This document shows, one piece after another, positions 6,901-14,869 of a stretch of DNA of 29,437 bases. Both the position numbers and the translations under genes were made by a program. The DNA comes from a virus (Duplodnaviria > Caudoviricetes): the IMG/VR virus record IMGVR_UViG_3300029183_000028, positions 1-29,437 of that record. The stretch is one strand, 5' to 3'. The stretch's first letter is position 1. Every line of letters starts with the position of its first letter. The notes beneath the pieces were generated by a model. The model saw only the letters and a list, made by a program, of their open reading frames with translations. It did no database searches and was not told the origin of the DNA.

Positions 6901-6971
6901 GCCGGCTGCTTCACAGGAATTTTGACCGGTTCCACTTCCACGATCTTTTCGGTTTCGCCTATATCAGCCAT
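6897..6971 (-). CDS. Micro-protein, 24 aa
   Basis: AGGAG Shine-Dalgarno; MADIGETEKIVEVEPVKIPVKQPA*; its stop overlaps the LysM gene start (ATGA). Confidence 0.6.
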   Translation of the reverse strand: MADIGETEKIVEVEPVKIPVKQPA

Positions 6972-7626
6972 CTTGTTCTCCTAAAAGTACGTCGCTTATG
7001 AAAGTCACAGTCGGATACCGGGCCGACAGGTCATCGACCGCATGTTTCAACCATACGTCGGCGTCGACCGTCACATCCGGTTCATGGTCGGGGACATGGG
7101 TGTCGCAGTACGCCGAATATGATCGGCCGCTGAACGACGGTATCACAATACGAGTTGGCCGTTCGTCACAGTCAGTTTGACATTTTGCTGATACGACGAC
7201 CGGCGATTCGATTGCGACCCGTTCGGCCTTATATCCCATCGTACAGATGATCACACGGCCAGACATTGATATCGACCCCGACGCCGAAGCGCGGCCTCTG
7301 GTCTGTGTCTGCCATTCTTTCAACGGATGGTCTGGGTTCTCAGCATAGAAACCACAAGTACATTCCGGGTCAGGCGCCTTACCCTTATGCGGCAACGCGG
7401 CTGCGGGGGTTTTGGGTTTGATACATACCGCCGTGTTTTCGGCTTCCCAAATGACCGCAGCGTGTAACGATTTCAACGCCAACTGTCCTTCGGATACGAC
7501 GATCGACCAGTACCGGTAGCCGCGTATTGGTTCGGTGCGGAACTCGTCGGGTACAACTTCGCCGCCCAAATTCAGATTCTGGTAGTTAAGCGGCGGAAAC
7601 ACTGGATTCTTTCTTTTCCACCACAT
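6964..7626 (-). CDS. Hypothetical Cys/His-rich phage protein
   Basis: 220-aa ORF with GYRYW..AVC..H..PDPECTCGFYA..G.V...GYKAE motifs; function unknown. Confidence 0.75.
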   Translation of the reverse strand: MWWKRKNPVFPPLNYQNLNLGGEVVPDEFRTEPIRGYRYWSIVVSEGQLALKSLHAAVIWEAENTAVCIKPKTPAAALPHKGKAPDPECTCGFYAENPDHPLKEWQTQTRGRASASGSISMSGRVIICTMGYKAERVAIESPVVVSAKCQTDCDERPTRIVIPSFSGRSYSAYCDTHVPDHEPDVTVDADVWLKHAVDDLSARYPTVTFISDVLLGEQDG

Positions 7627-7636
7627 GAACTGTACC

Positions 7637-8203
7637 TCAGTCGGGACGCCACACTTTAGGCGGACTCAACAGCCGGTGGTGAGTCTCATAGTCATATATC
7701 GCCATGTTCTGAGCGACGTCGAACACTGCACGGTCGATAGCCCCATCCACACCTTTCTGGGTGAGACGGTTCGCTTCACGCCACGCCGGAACCGTCATAT
7801 ACACTTTCTGGTCTTCGATCCCCCACATAGCCGCCAGATTCACCTGCGATTTGGATACGCCTTTCATTTTCGGCAGATCCAACATCGTGTCATGCGACAA
7901 CTTCTGCGACAACGGCGCCTCACCCACCTCTATAAGCATGGCATTCAACAACGGCAAGTCATACCCGCGGATGAAATGGCCTACAACCATGTCCGCCTCG
8001 TCGTAAGCGTCACGGACAGCACGCAACATGACAAGCCGGGAACGTTCATCCTTCGTCAACGCTTTGGCTTCGGGGGTGCCGCCCATCCACGACCACGCCG
8101 CAACCGTTATCTCCTGGTGGACGAAATCCGATCCGAGCCAACCCAACGGCCGGGATTCGAGGTCGAAGTCGAGGACGCGGAGCTTACGTTTCTTCAGTCT
8201 CAA
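7637..8203 (-). CDS. RNase H-fold 3'-5' exonuclease (DnaQ/RNase_H_2-like)
   Basis: VLDFDLES (Exo I), ADMVVGHFIRGYDLPLL (Exo II), DTM, and FDV (Exo III). Confidence 0.8.
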   Translation of the reverse strand: MRLKKRKLRVLDFDLESRPLGWLGSDFVHQEITVAAWSWMGGTPEAKALTKDERSRLVMLRAVRDAYDEADMVVGHFIRGYDLPLLNAMLIEVGEAPLSQKLSHDTMLDLPKMKGVSKSQVNLAAMWGIEDQKVYMTVPAWREANRLTQKGVDGAIDRAVFDVAQNMAIYDYETHHRLLSPPKVWRPD

Positions 8204-8465
8204 GAGCCGTAATATCCAGAGCCTGTTTCTTCGGTTTCAACGCTTGTTCGAGAGCGTCTGCAACCCATTCGGCAACATGCGACTCGATAATGAGCTCTTC
8301 GCCGTTCGCTGTGGCTTCCTCGTAGGCTTCCCACGCGGGTGGCAGCAGTTCGTTTAGCGCCTGTTCCCGCCAGTTCTGTATCTCGGTGTCCAGTTCGCGT
8401 GTGATACGGCGGCGTATCTGGTTCCACGCAATATCCGTACTGTCTTTTTGCCTGTAGCGAGCGAT
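8184..8465 (-). CDS. ~93-aa protein-like reading frame lacking a canonical start codon
   Basis: (I)ARYRQKDSTDIAWNQIRRRITRELDTEIQNWREQALNELLPPAWEAYEEATANGEELIIESHVAEWVADALEQALKPKKQALDITALETEET*. Frame open from 8513 with no ATG/GTG/TTG in its 5' part. Not in the ORF track. Confidence 0.55.
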   Translation of the reverse strand: MARYRQKDSTDIAWNQIRRRITRELDTEIQNWREQALNELLPPAWEAYEEATANGEELIIESHVAEWVADALEQALKPKKQALDITALETEET

Positions 8466-8466
8466 A

Positions 8467-8964
8467 CTAGACCACCCCCCCTGGCCGGACTCTTGGTGTC
8501 CGAGTTTGTGTCTTCAAACGCTCAAGGGCTAGGAGGGCTCTCTCATAACGCCGCTCCCCAAAGAAGGGGATCATGGTGTGTAGAAGTTCCTCGACGTCAG
8601 GACGCCAAGACGCCACCCAATACCACATGGGTTTCGAGTATTGCTCCCGATCTACTGAATATGGCTCGTATTTGTGGGTAAGTTGGCTGACGCGTCGGAT
8701 GATGTCTTCATCCAACATTTGGATGGTTAAGCGGACGGAAGTCGGCCCGTGGTCACTTATGCAGCCCTCGCCCTCGAATAACCCAGCCAACCACGCTGCA
8801 TCCAGTTCAGAGATATTGAATGGTTCACGTTCTGGCACCGAGCTGGTTAAGTGTTTGCGTTGCCAAGCGGAATAGTGTTGTCGGCACCAGCCCCTGGCTT
8901 TGTGAGGCTTATCGCAAGCCTCCAATGTGCAGGCTCCTGTCGAGCCTGGAATACCTCTCGCCAT
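8467..8964 (-). CDS. Single-motif LAGLIDADG homing endonuclease with N-terminal zinc finger
   Basis: AAWLAGLFEGEGCI motif, then LTIQMLDEDII..KPMWYW..MIPFFGERR; N-terminal C-x4-C..ARGWCRQHY. Confidence 0.9.
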   Translation of the reverse strand: MARGIPGSTGACTLEACDKPHKARGWCRQHYSAWQRKHLTSSVPEREPFNISELDAAWLAGLFEGEGCISDHGPTSVRLTIQMLDEDIIRRVSQLTHKYEPYSVDREQYSKPMWYWVASWRPDVEELLHTMIPFFGERRYERALLALERLKTQTRTPRVRPGGVV

Positions 8965-8965
8965 A

Positions 8966-9298
8966 TCAGGTTTCGCCCCGCTTTCGTCGTCGGTATCTGA
9001 TTTGTGCCAACTGGTGGTCCATCGCTTGTTTCCCGCGGCCCATCAGATTGTTGTGAGCGGCCGCATGAGCGTCGCAAAGAGTGTCCGTGTCGGCCGGCTG
9101 AGAGCATTGGACACAACGGCCTTCTGCTTTCAACCGTTGCCTCCACGCCCGCCGCTTCTCGTTGTCTGTGACTCGGCAGCGGAATCTTCCGCCGGTTGTC
9201 ATCGCCAGGTTGCGATGCCAGTTCAACGGCACGCCGTGACATTCACAGTTGGGCCAGTTGTCGCCGAGTTCGGCCCGCTTCTCGGCGGTCGTTGTCAA
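8966..9298 (-). CDS. Cys/His-rich hypothetical protein
   Basis: CECH..RFRC..LKAEGRCVQC..LCDAH; TTG start at 9298 overlaps the holin stop. Confidence 0.65.
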   Translation of the reverse strand: MTTTAEKRAELGDNWPNCECHGVPLNWHRNLAMTTGGRFRCRVTDNEKRRAWRQRLKAEGRCVQCSQPADTDTLCDAHAAAHNNLMGRGKQAMDHQLAQIRYRRRKRGET

Positions 9299-9483
9299 GC
9301 TGGCGTGACTTTGCTGCGTGTGAACACGGTGGCGACAAACTCGCCGACAGCCACAATCGCGACGGTGATACCCGCCAACTGGTCGGCCGACAGATCCCAC
9401 CAGCCGAACAATGTTCCCAAAGGTGCGACCGCCACGACCAACCCTTTGACTGCGTTGGCTACTGCTACAGGTTCACGGTTCAC
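9295..9483 (-). CDS. Holin
   Basis: 62 aa, two hydrophobic helices, REPV N-terminus and RSKVTP C-terminus as in actinophage holins; located in the lysis cassette. Confidence 0.8.
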   Translation of the reverse strand: MNREPVAVANAVKGLVVAVAPLGTLFGWWDLSADQLAGITVAIVAVGEFVATVFTRSKVTPA

Positions 9484-9788
9484 GTCATACCTCCAATATG
9501 TAGATCTTCGACTTGTTTTTGTAGTTGAATCACTCGGTCTTTTAAAGACTGTCCGCCGTTGACCGTAACCTCGTCGCGGATTTCGACGAGTTCGGCGCGT
9601 ACTGGTTTCAGAGCAGTATCAATCGACTCGTTCCAGCGGACTTCGATCTGATCGCCAATCTTCGCGACGACCGCGACAGCGATAAGTTCAGCTATCCAAC
9701 GGTTCATGTGGCCGACTCCGCGTAAGAAGGCGACCGCAAGGAACAGGAGAATTGGGATTAGCAAACCGAGCAGCCACGGGTTATCCAT
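9480..9788 (-). CDS. Membrane protein of the lysis cassette
   Basis: N-terminal transmembrane helix, then a coiled region with EV..NGG.SLKD.V, a motif typical of actinophage lysis-region proteins. Confidence 0.75.
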   Translation of the reverse strand: MDNPWLLGLLIPILLFLAVAFLRGVGHMNRWIAELIAVAVVAKIGDQIEVRWNESIDTALKPVRAELVEIRDEVTVNGGQSLKDRVIQLQKQVEDLHIGGMT

Positions 9789-9831
9789 CGGCGTCGAACC
9801 AGTCGAAAAACCGGCGGAAGAAACGTCTCAT
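9781..9831 (-). CDS. Candidate 16-aa amphipathic peptide
   Basis: MRRFFRRFFDWFDADG*; ATGA overlap with the endolysin stop, and its own stop overlaps the next start. Confidence 0.4.
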   Translation of the reverse strand: MRRFFRRFFDWFDADG

Positions 9832-10463
9832 TCGGCCCATACCACTTCGCCGTCGTTTATCAGGTTCTTTACCTGTTGTTCGGTGAGTCCGCCGCCGCCT
9901 GGTGGATGGTCACGAATATGTTTAGCCGTCGTTCTCAAAAGAGACTCTGATGTTGGCGGGTCGAGTGTTTGAAGCCGTTCGAAAGCCTCCTGATACCACG
10001 CTTGCGCTTCTTGTGTCATTGCCATCGTGTCCTCCGGTACTTCGGTTGGTAGTTGTGATGGGGGAACGTCGATCTCCCAATGCATCGGATCTTGGAACAC
10101 CTGCCCCCAACGAAACAGTCCGGTGGCTGCGACGTCGTCCAAAAACGCTTGTGGGAAGTCGTGGCCTGTTTGCCCATACGAGTTTGCCGACGGGTTCAAG
10201 TCAAGAGCGATGCCGTAGGCATGTAGCGACCACTGGTTGCTACCGCCGATTTTTCGGCAGTTATACGTCCCTCCGGCCGACTCACGGAAAGCGTAGTCAT
10301 GTTTGGTCATCAACTGCGCAAACCATTGCCATGCGGGAACGGTTACATCAGCGACTAACAATGACCAACTACGTCCGACACCAGGGAACGCAACGCGCAC
10401 CATGTTTTCGGGCGCGCACCTGTAGCGGTAATACCAGTTTCGTTTCTGCGCTGTAGAGGCCAT
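9828..10463 (-). CDS. Endolysin, peptidase M15 family
   Basis: YNCRKI..WSLHAYGIALDLNP (SxHxxGxAxD) and RWG..DPMHWEI zinc-ligand motifs. Confidence 0.9.
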   Translation of the reverse strand: MASTAQKRNWYYRYRCAPENMVRVAFPGVGRSWSLLVADVTVPAWQWFAQLMTKHDYAFRESAGGTYNCRKIGGSNQWSLHAYGIALDLNPSANSYGQTGHDFPQAFLDDVAATGLFRWGQVFQDPMHWEIDVPPSQLPTEVPEDTMAMTQEAQAWYQEAFERLQTLDPPTSESLLRTTAKHIRDHPPGGGGLTEQQVKNLINDGEVVWAE

Positions 10464-10891
10464 TATTTGCGGCGAGCCCTATACCGCGCGGCCGCCTCAT
10501 TGCGGCACTTCTTGCATCCTCTGCCAGTACCGTCGGGCCGAATGTAGGTGTTGTCTTCGTCGTATGGGTGGCCGACGCGACACGAAGCACGTTGTCTTCG
10601 GTTGAGGGCTTGTTCTGTCGGTGTGGCCCATTTGAGATTTCCAGGCTCGTAGTCGCCGTCGTTGTCGATGCGATCTATCGACCAGTACGCACGTTCACCG
10701 TTCCACCATTCAGGGTCAGGTGGTCTATCGCCCACGTCTTGTAAGAAATTTGCGAAGGAATCCCAACGTGCCGCCACTTGAATACCACGTCCTCCATAGC
10801 GGGAGTATTCGGGGTCGTTTGGGTTGTTGCAACGGGACCGCATGTTTTCCCAAACCCAATACAGATTACGGTGAGTCTGCTTGTAGCTCAT
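10463..10891 (-). CDS. HNH homing endonuclease
   Basis: Y..W..MRSRCNNPN..Y.RYGGRGI.V..RW.SF.NF..D.G.RP..SIDRIDNDGDYEPGN.KWAT..EQ..N; C-terminal C..GH..C..C. Confidence 0.9.
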   Translation of the reverse strand: MSYKQTHRNLYWVWENMRSRCNNPNDPEYSRYGGRGIQVAARWDSFANFLQDVGDRPPDPEWWNGERAYWSIDRIDNDGDYEPGNLKWATPTEQALNRRQRASCRVGHPYDEDNTYIRPDGTGRGCKKCRNEAAARYRARRK

Positions 10892-10904
10892 ACGACCCAT
10901 TCTA
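10892..10904 (-). promoter_or_regulatory. Candidate -10 element for a leaderless HNH transcript
   Basis: TAGAAT (10904-10899), 7 nt, ATG 10891; ATGCAC lies 17 nt upstream of the -10. Confidence 0.55.
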
Positions 10905-10912
10905 CAGTTTCG

Positions 10913-11044
10913 TGTCGCATGGTGCATGATTCCGGCGGGTTGAGGTTTCCCGTAGTTCAGTCCCCAAGTGTTCCCACGGTTGATCCAGTTGCCGTAAGGT
11001 TGGACGTCCAAACCTGCGGCTTCCAATTTTGCCAGGAGGGTCAT
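10913..11044 (-). pseudogene. N-terminal fragment of an N-acetylmuramoyl-L-alanine amidase (Amidase_2-type) endolysin, fused in frame to the HNH
   Basis: MTLLAKLEAAGLDVQPYGNWINRG..PAGIMHH matches the L..AGL.V...GW..RG...P.G...HH start of actinophage amidases. The remainder was not found. Confidence 0.75.
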
Positions 11045-11580
11045 AGGGGCAGTAGGATCAGTTGTCGGTTGACGAACGTTCCAGTACCTGCTGTTACCCG
11101 GTATTTGGCGGTGAACGTATTGCTTCCGGCGCTCAACCCGAACACCAAGTCGACACCTGCGGTACGTATGAGGTCGCCTGAAGCGTTCGATTCGAAGCGG
11201 ATGCTTCTGGAGTCAGCGGCTGACTGGCTCGAAGATCCAGTAATGGCGTAGGACATTGAACAGACCCCGCCGGCCGTGTCGTTCGACATTTGCGCCGACC
11301 ACAACAGCAACGCTCTAGTGTCGATCGTTGACGTGATAGTTGGGCCGGTAGTAGACAGGTCCGTATAGGACGTTGACGACGTGGTTTGGGATGTTGCGAC
11401 GTTCGCTTCGGAGAACGCACGTTCCGCCACCGAATTAGCACCGTCAGTAACGATCAAAGCGCCTGCTGCTGTCGCCTGAGCGGGGGCGGTTTCGTTGAAA
11501 TTGTCGCGGACGTGAGTGTTCATTATCGAAGCGGACACCACTTCGGTAGTCACCCAAGTACGCGGAGTTGACCAAGCCAT
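11041..11580 (-). CDS. Minor tail / tail-fibre-like protein
   Basis: MAWSTPRTW..EVVSAS.MN.HVRDN N-terminus, typical of actinophage tail proteins; beta-rich C-terminus (GL.AGSNTFTAKYR). Confidence 0.75.
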   Translation of the reverse strand: MAWSTPRTWVTTEVVSASIMNTHVRDNFNETAPAQATAAGALIVTDGANSVAERAFSEANVATSQTTSSTSYTDLSTTGPTITSTIDTRALLLWSAQMSNDTAGGVCSMSYAITGSSSQSAADSRSIRFESNASGDLIRTAGVDLVFGLSAGSNTFTAKYRVTAGTGTFVNRQLILLPL

Positions 11581-11912
11581 CAGCTACGCACCCCGTGAAG
11601 AACGTTTTCCGCCTCAAGGTCTGTTGCTGATTCCCCCGGTTTCCAGTTCTGGTTAGCCACAGGCCGGCCAACAAGCAAACCCTCAAGTTTCGGCCGGTTC
11701 CGTGGAAATTCAACCTTGTGTACCGCTCCACACGACCCGCAGATCATCGGCTTGCCGGGCTCTACAAATTCGGCGCCGTTACAGGGACATTCCGCGATCC
11801 ACCGGCCGTGGTTGAGTTCGGCTTTGACGGTTCCGCCTTCCCATACATCAACCCCGTGTTTTTCGAGGGCCGCTGCGACGCGTCGCCGGGTGTACTTATC
11901 TGCCGTTTTCAC
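11580..11912 (-). CDS. Hypothetical metal-binding tail-region protein
   Basis: NHGRWIAECPCNGAE..CGSC..NQNW.PGE; coupled to the next gene. Confidence 0.7.
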   Translation of the reverse strand: MKTADKYTRRRVAAALEKHGVDVWEGGTVKAELNHGRWIAECPCNGAEFVEPGKPMICGSCGAVHKVEFPRNRPKLEGLLVGRPVANQNWKPGESATDLEAENVLHGVRS

Positions 11913-12183
11913 GTTGCCTCCTAACGAACTCCTGAAAATCTGACACAGGGACGACCTTTCTGTTATTGACCTTCGACCGGCTTCTCATGAAGGCGATGAA
12001 CAGTCGAAGGAACTCGTCGGGGTCGGCGTCGCGTTGCCATGCTGCCCAAAGAAGATTGAAGTCGGGGTTGCTGCCTCGCGGTTTCACCTGATGTGTCCAC
12101 ATGTCCCGCAACCAATCTTCGGTGACGTTGTAAAACCTTGAACCGAATTGGATATGCCACCCCTCGGGTGATCGTTCGATCAT
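11896..12183 (-). CDS. Hypothetical protein, 95 aa
   Basis: ATGA-coupled to the upstream gene; protein-like composition. Confidence 0.65.
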   Translation of the reverse strand: MIERSPEGWHIQFGSRFYNVTEDWLRDMWTHQVKPRGSNPDFNLLWAAWQRDADPDEFLRLFIAFMRSRSKVNNRKVVPVSDFQEFVRRQRENGR

Positions 12184-12704
12184 CGTGTCCCCACAATGAT
12201 CCCGTTGATCGTTGCCCCATTTGAACTGTTAGTCCCGGTAGAGATCGACACTTCCATGTCGACAGTGATGGACGACCCCGCAACGCCGATCAAGTTCGCG
12301 ATGCGGGCGTCGCTCATAACCTGGGTTTGGTTGTTGACTGCTTCGTGGCTATGGCCGCCCTGGACTTCGCCGTCGATTTCTATGCCCATACTCATTAACA
12401 CGTCACCGCCGGAAGTGTTGGTCAACTGGAAGTGACCCAACGCGAATACTGCTATCTGATCGACCCAAGACGGGATGTCTACACTGAGGCTGCCGTATGA
12501 GGTGGGAGTGGTGTCGATCGTTTCGTTGGAGAACAGCCGGTCGCCGAAGGCTGTAGACCAGATCGGGTCGTCTATTTTGTCGGGGAACGTTATAGCCAGG
12601 TCGGGAATCTTCGGGGTTGTAATCGACCCGTCCACAACATGGATCGTTTTTACGGCCTTTTGGCGTATGTCTCTTGACGTGACCTGCCCGTTACTTGTCG
12701 GCAC
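12180..12704 (-). CDS. Minor tail / fibre-like protein
   Basis: AAAGGGGA SD and GTG start; short V.....D..IT..KI repeats followed by a beta-sandwich-like domain. Confidence 0.65.
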   Translation of the reverse strand: MPTSNGQVTSRDIRQKAVKTIHVVDGSITTPKIPDLAITFPDKIDDPIWSTAFGDRLFSNETIDTTPTSYGSLSVDIPSWVDQIAVFALGHFQLTNTSGGDVLMSMGIEIDGEVQGGHSHEAVNNQTQVMSDARIANLIGVAGSSITVDMEVSISTGTNSSNGATINGIIVGTR

Positions 12705-12715
12705 AAAAAATCCCC

Positions 12716-12744
12716 TTTACTCCCGCCACGTTCAAGACGATACT
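12716..12744 (+). promoter_or_regulatory. Candidate leaderless promoter for the dehydrogenase-like gene
   Basis: TTTACT (12716-12721), 17 nt, GATACT (12739-12744), 7 nt, ATG 12752. Confidence 0.5.
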
Positions 12745-12751
12745 AAACCTT

Positions 12752-13711
12752 ATGGAAACAACACGCATACATGTTCCGCTGTTCTACCTGGCCTGCGTAG
12801 CCGTCATCGCCGCAGCCGTCTTCTGGCCGAAACCCGTCGAATACGAATTCCCCGTGCAGATAGTCGACCACGACGACCAGATTTGGGTCGTTGAGAAAGC
12901 AGGCCGTGTCGTATCCACCGACGGTGACGTTCTGATCGACTTGAACATCGACTTGACCGAATCGCGCAGTTCCGAACAAGGACTACTAGGAATCGAGTTC
13001 GGCCCGTCTTCCTACTGGCTTTATGTGGCATGGCCCAAAACCGGCGAATCCGAACTGTGGCAGATGCCCTACCACGCAACCATGCTGACCGACGGGATCC
13101 TCTTGCGGTCTTGGGGCGAAGCACCGTGGCATCATGGCGGACACATGGAATACCACGAACCTTGGCTTTACGTCGGAGTTGGAGACGGCGCCGCCGGGGC
13201 AGCACACGCCGACCACGCCCAAGATTTCATACCTGACCGCGGAGCGATCCTCCGACACAACATACAGACCGGAGTATGGGAACCCGCGGCACGCGGTCTA
13301 CGAAACCCGTGGGGCTGGACACTCGTTGACAAGGTTTTCTATATAGGCGACGTCGGAGCTCAATCGCTCGAGGAAGTCAACATTGCGCCCGCCAACCCGT
13401 ATCCCAATTTCGGTTGGCCGGTCTATGAGGGTACGGAATGTGTGGTAGACGGCTGCGACCTAGATCATGTCGGACCTGTGTATACATACCGGAACGCTGA
13501 CAATTGTTCGGCCGTGATAATGGGCGGGCCGGTCGATGGTTCAGTGTTTTGGACGGACTTCTGTACTGGCCACCTGTACGAATATGTCGATGGTGCGGTA
13601 ACGGTCACGGAGTCAGTGTTCACACAGCCGACGTCTATGACTGTGATCGAGGACGTGTTGTGGGTCACTCAGGCGGACGGTTCAGTATCCGAGTCGCGTG
13701 TCGGTTCCTAG
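12752..13711 (+). CDS. PQQ-dependent glucose/sorbosone dehydrogenase (GSDH)-like beta-propeller with N-terminal membrane anchor
   Basis: EQGLLGIEF.P, HHGG, LYVGVGDG, GAILR, ARGLRNPW, GDVG...EEVN, NFGWP.YEG, DFC.G motifs in family order; hydrophobic N-terminus. Confidence 0.88.
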   Translation: METTRIHVPLFYLACVAVIAAAVFWPKPVEYEFPVQIVDHDDQIWVVEKAGRVVSTDGDVLIDLNIDLTESRSSEQGLLGIEFGPSSYWLYVAWPKTGESELWQMPYHATMLTDGILLRSWGEAPWHHGGHMEYHEPWLYVGVGDGAAGAAHADHAQDFIPDRGAILRHNIQTGVWEPAARGLRNPWGWTLVDKVFYIGDVGAQSLEEVNIAPANPYPNFGWPVYEGTECVVDGCDLDHVGPVYTYRNADNCSAVIMGGPVDGSVFWTDFCTGHLYEYVDGAVTVTESVFTQPTSMTVIEDVLWVTQADGSVSESRVGS

Positions 13712-14869
13712 TTCCGACGTGCCGAGAATCCACCAGTCGTCAAAAGGCAACCCGGGCGACAACATAACCGTTGTCTGCCAACTGCGCGTACCGACCATCG
13801 TCACATTATGAGTGACACCCTCAATAAAAATGTCCTCGTCGAAACCCGACCCCGCAGGGGTAGTCAGCTCGACGTTCACCTTGTCCCATAATTCTCGGCC
13901 CAACACTTGTGGCCACATGTTGGTCGGATCTTCTTCGGGGTGGATCATCAGCGACGGGACACGGGCGCGGGGGTCTTTGAATTCGGCGACCATCCAGTCG
14001 GCTAACGCTAAGGCTTCGCCGTCTGCCACATGGACAGTCTCCGACAAATGCAAATCTCGTTGTCCGTATGAAGCGACCGACGTGGCGTCCGTTGAAGTCT
14101 GGCTTGTGCCATCCGACCGGGTGACAGTCGCATTGTTCCACAGTTGAGTCAAGTCGTAGTCGACCTGGATTTCCTGGTAGCCGACATCAGATCCGTCGTC
14201 CGAAAAGGTGGCTTGGGCCGTGCTCTCGAGTCGGGTCGTCCCGTCAAGATAGGTGGCGTCGCCGTCTCCGGCGATGAAAAACAGGCCGTCTTCCACAAGC
14301 CGGGTGCGTTCGATTTCGCCTAGAACGCTGTTGAATTCGGCGGACAATGCGGCCACAGTATGGTCGCCTGTATCAATGTTGCGCCAGCCTGCCGGCCAGC
14401 CGGCAACGTCTAACAGGTTCCCGACGCGGGTTCCTGACGCCTCTTGACTTTCGGTTAGTTCTTCTTCGACCATCGCCAACAGGTGGAACCCGTCGACAGC
14501 ACGCAGTTCGACGAACGGAAGTTTGCCTTTGTCGTTCCACTGGTTCGGCCAAGCGATCACATATCCTGTGAACAAGTCGTATGTTGTCGAATTGTGGACA
14601 GCCTGAATGTTGACTTTTGTTAGAACGTCGACGTCGGGCGAGTTAGCGCCGGACGTGTTCCACGGCGAATAGTCACCTGACGTGTTCAACAGGCGGATAG
14701 TGGCCGTACCTGACTGCATCTGATCCAAAATTCGGCTACGTCCACGCGACGTCGAAAACGACATCACATCAGAAGTTTCGTCAGTCCACGAGGGGGACGT
14801 TTCGTAGACGTCCTGCCCGTAAGCGAACCGGACAGTTATGTCAACGTCCGAATTGTAAGACGCTGTCAT
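13682..14869 (-). CDS. Minor tail (tail-tip/baseplate hub) protein
   Basis: Directly follows the tape measure; RGR...GTATIRL.N..G.YSP, DLFTGY, S.ASYG.R, IEGVTH, and a W.LG.S.LG..T.LGY end. Confidence 0.8.
   Translation of the reverse strand: MTASYNSDVDITVRFAYGQDVYETSPSWTDETSDVMSFSTSRGRSRILDQMQSGTATIRLLNTSGDYSPWNTSGANSPDVDVLTKVNIQAVHNSTTYDLFTGYVIAWPNQWNDKGKLPFVELRAVDGFHLLAMVEEELTESQEASGTRVGNLLDVAGWPAGWRNIDTGDHTVAALSAEFNSVLGEIERTRLVEDGLFFIAGDGDATYLDGTTRLESTAQATFSDDGSDVGYQEIQVDYDLTQLWNNATVTRSDGTSQTSTDATSVASYGQRDLHLSETVHVADGEALALADWMVAEFKDPRARVPSLMIHPEEDPTNMWPQVLGRELWDKVNVELTTPAGSGFDEDIFIEGVTHNVTMVGTRSWQTTVMLSPGLPFDDWWILGTSELGTDTRLGY

Noticed and set aside
8200-8427. 75-aa ORF from the track (MEPDTPPY...)
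   Set aside because: Low-complexity Arg/Thr composition; the overlapping frame 8184-8465 is more protein-like.
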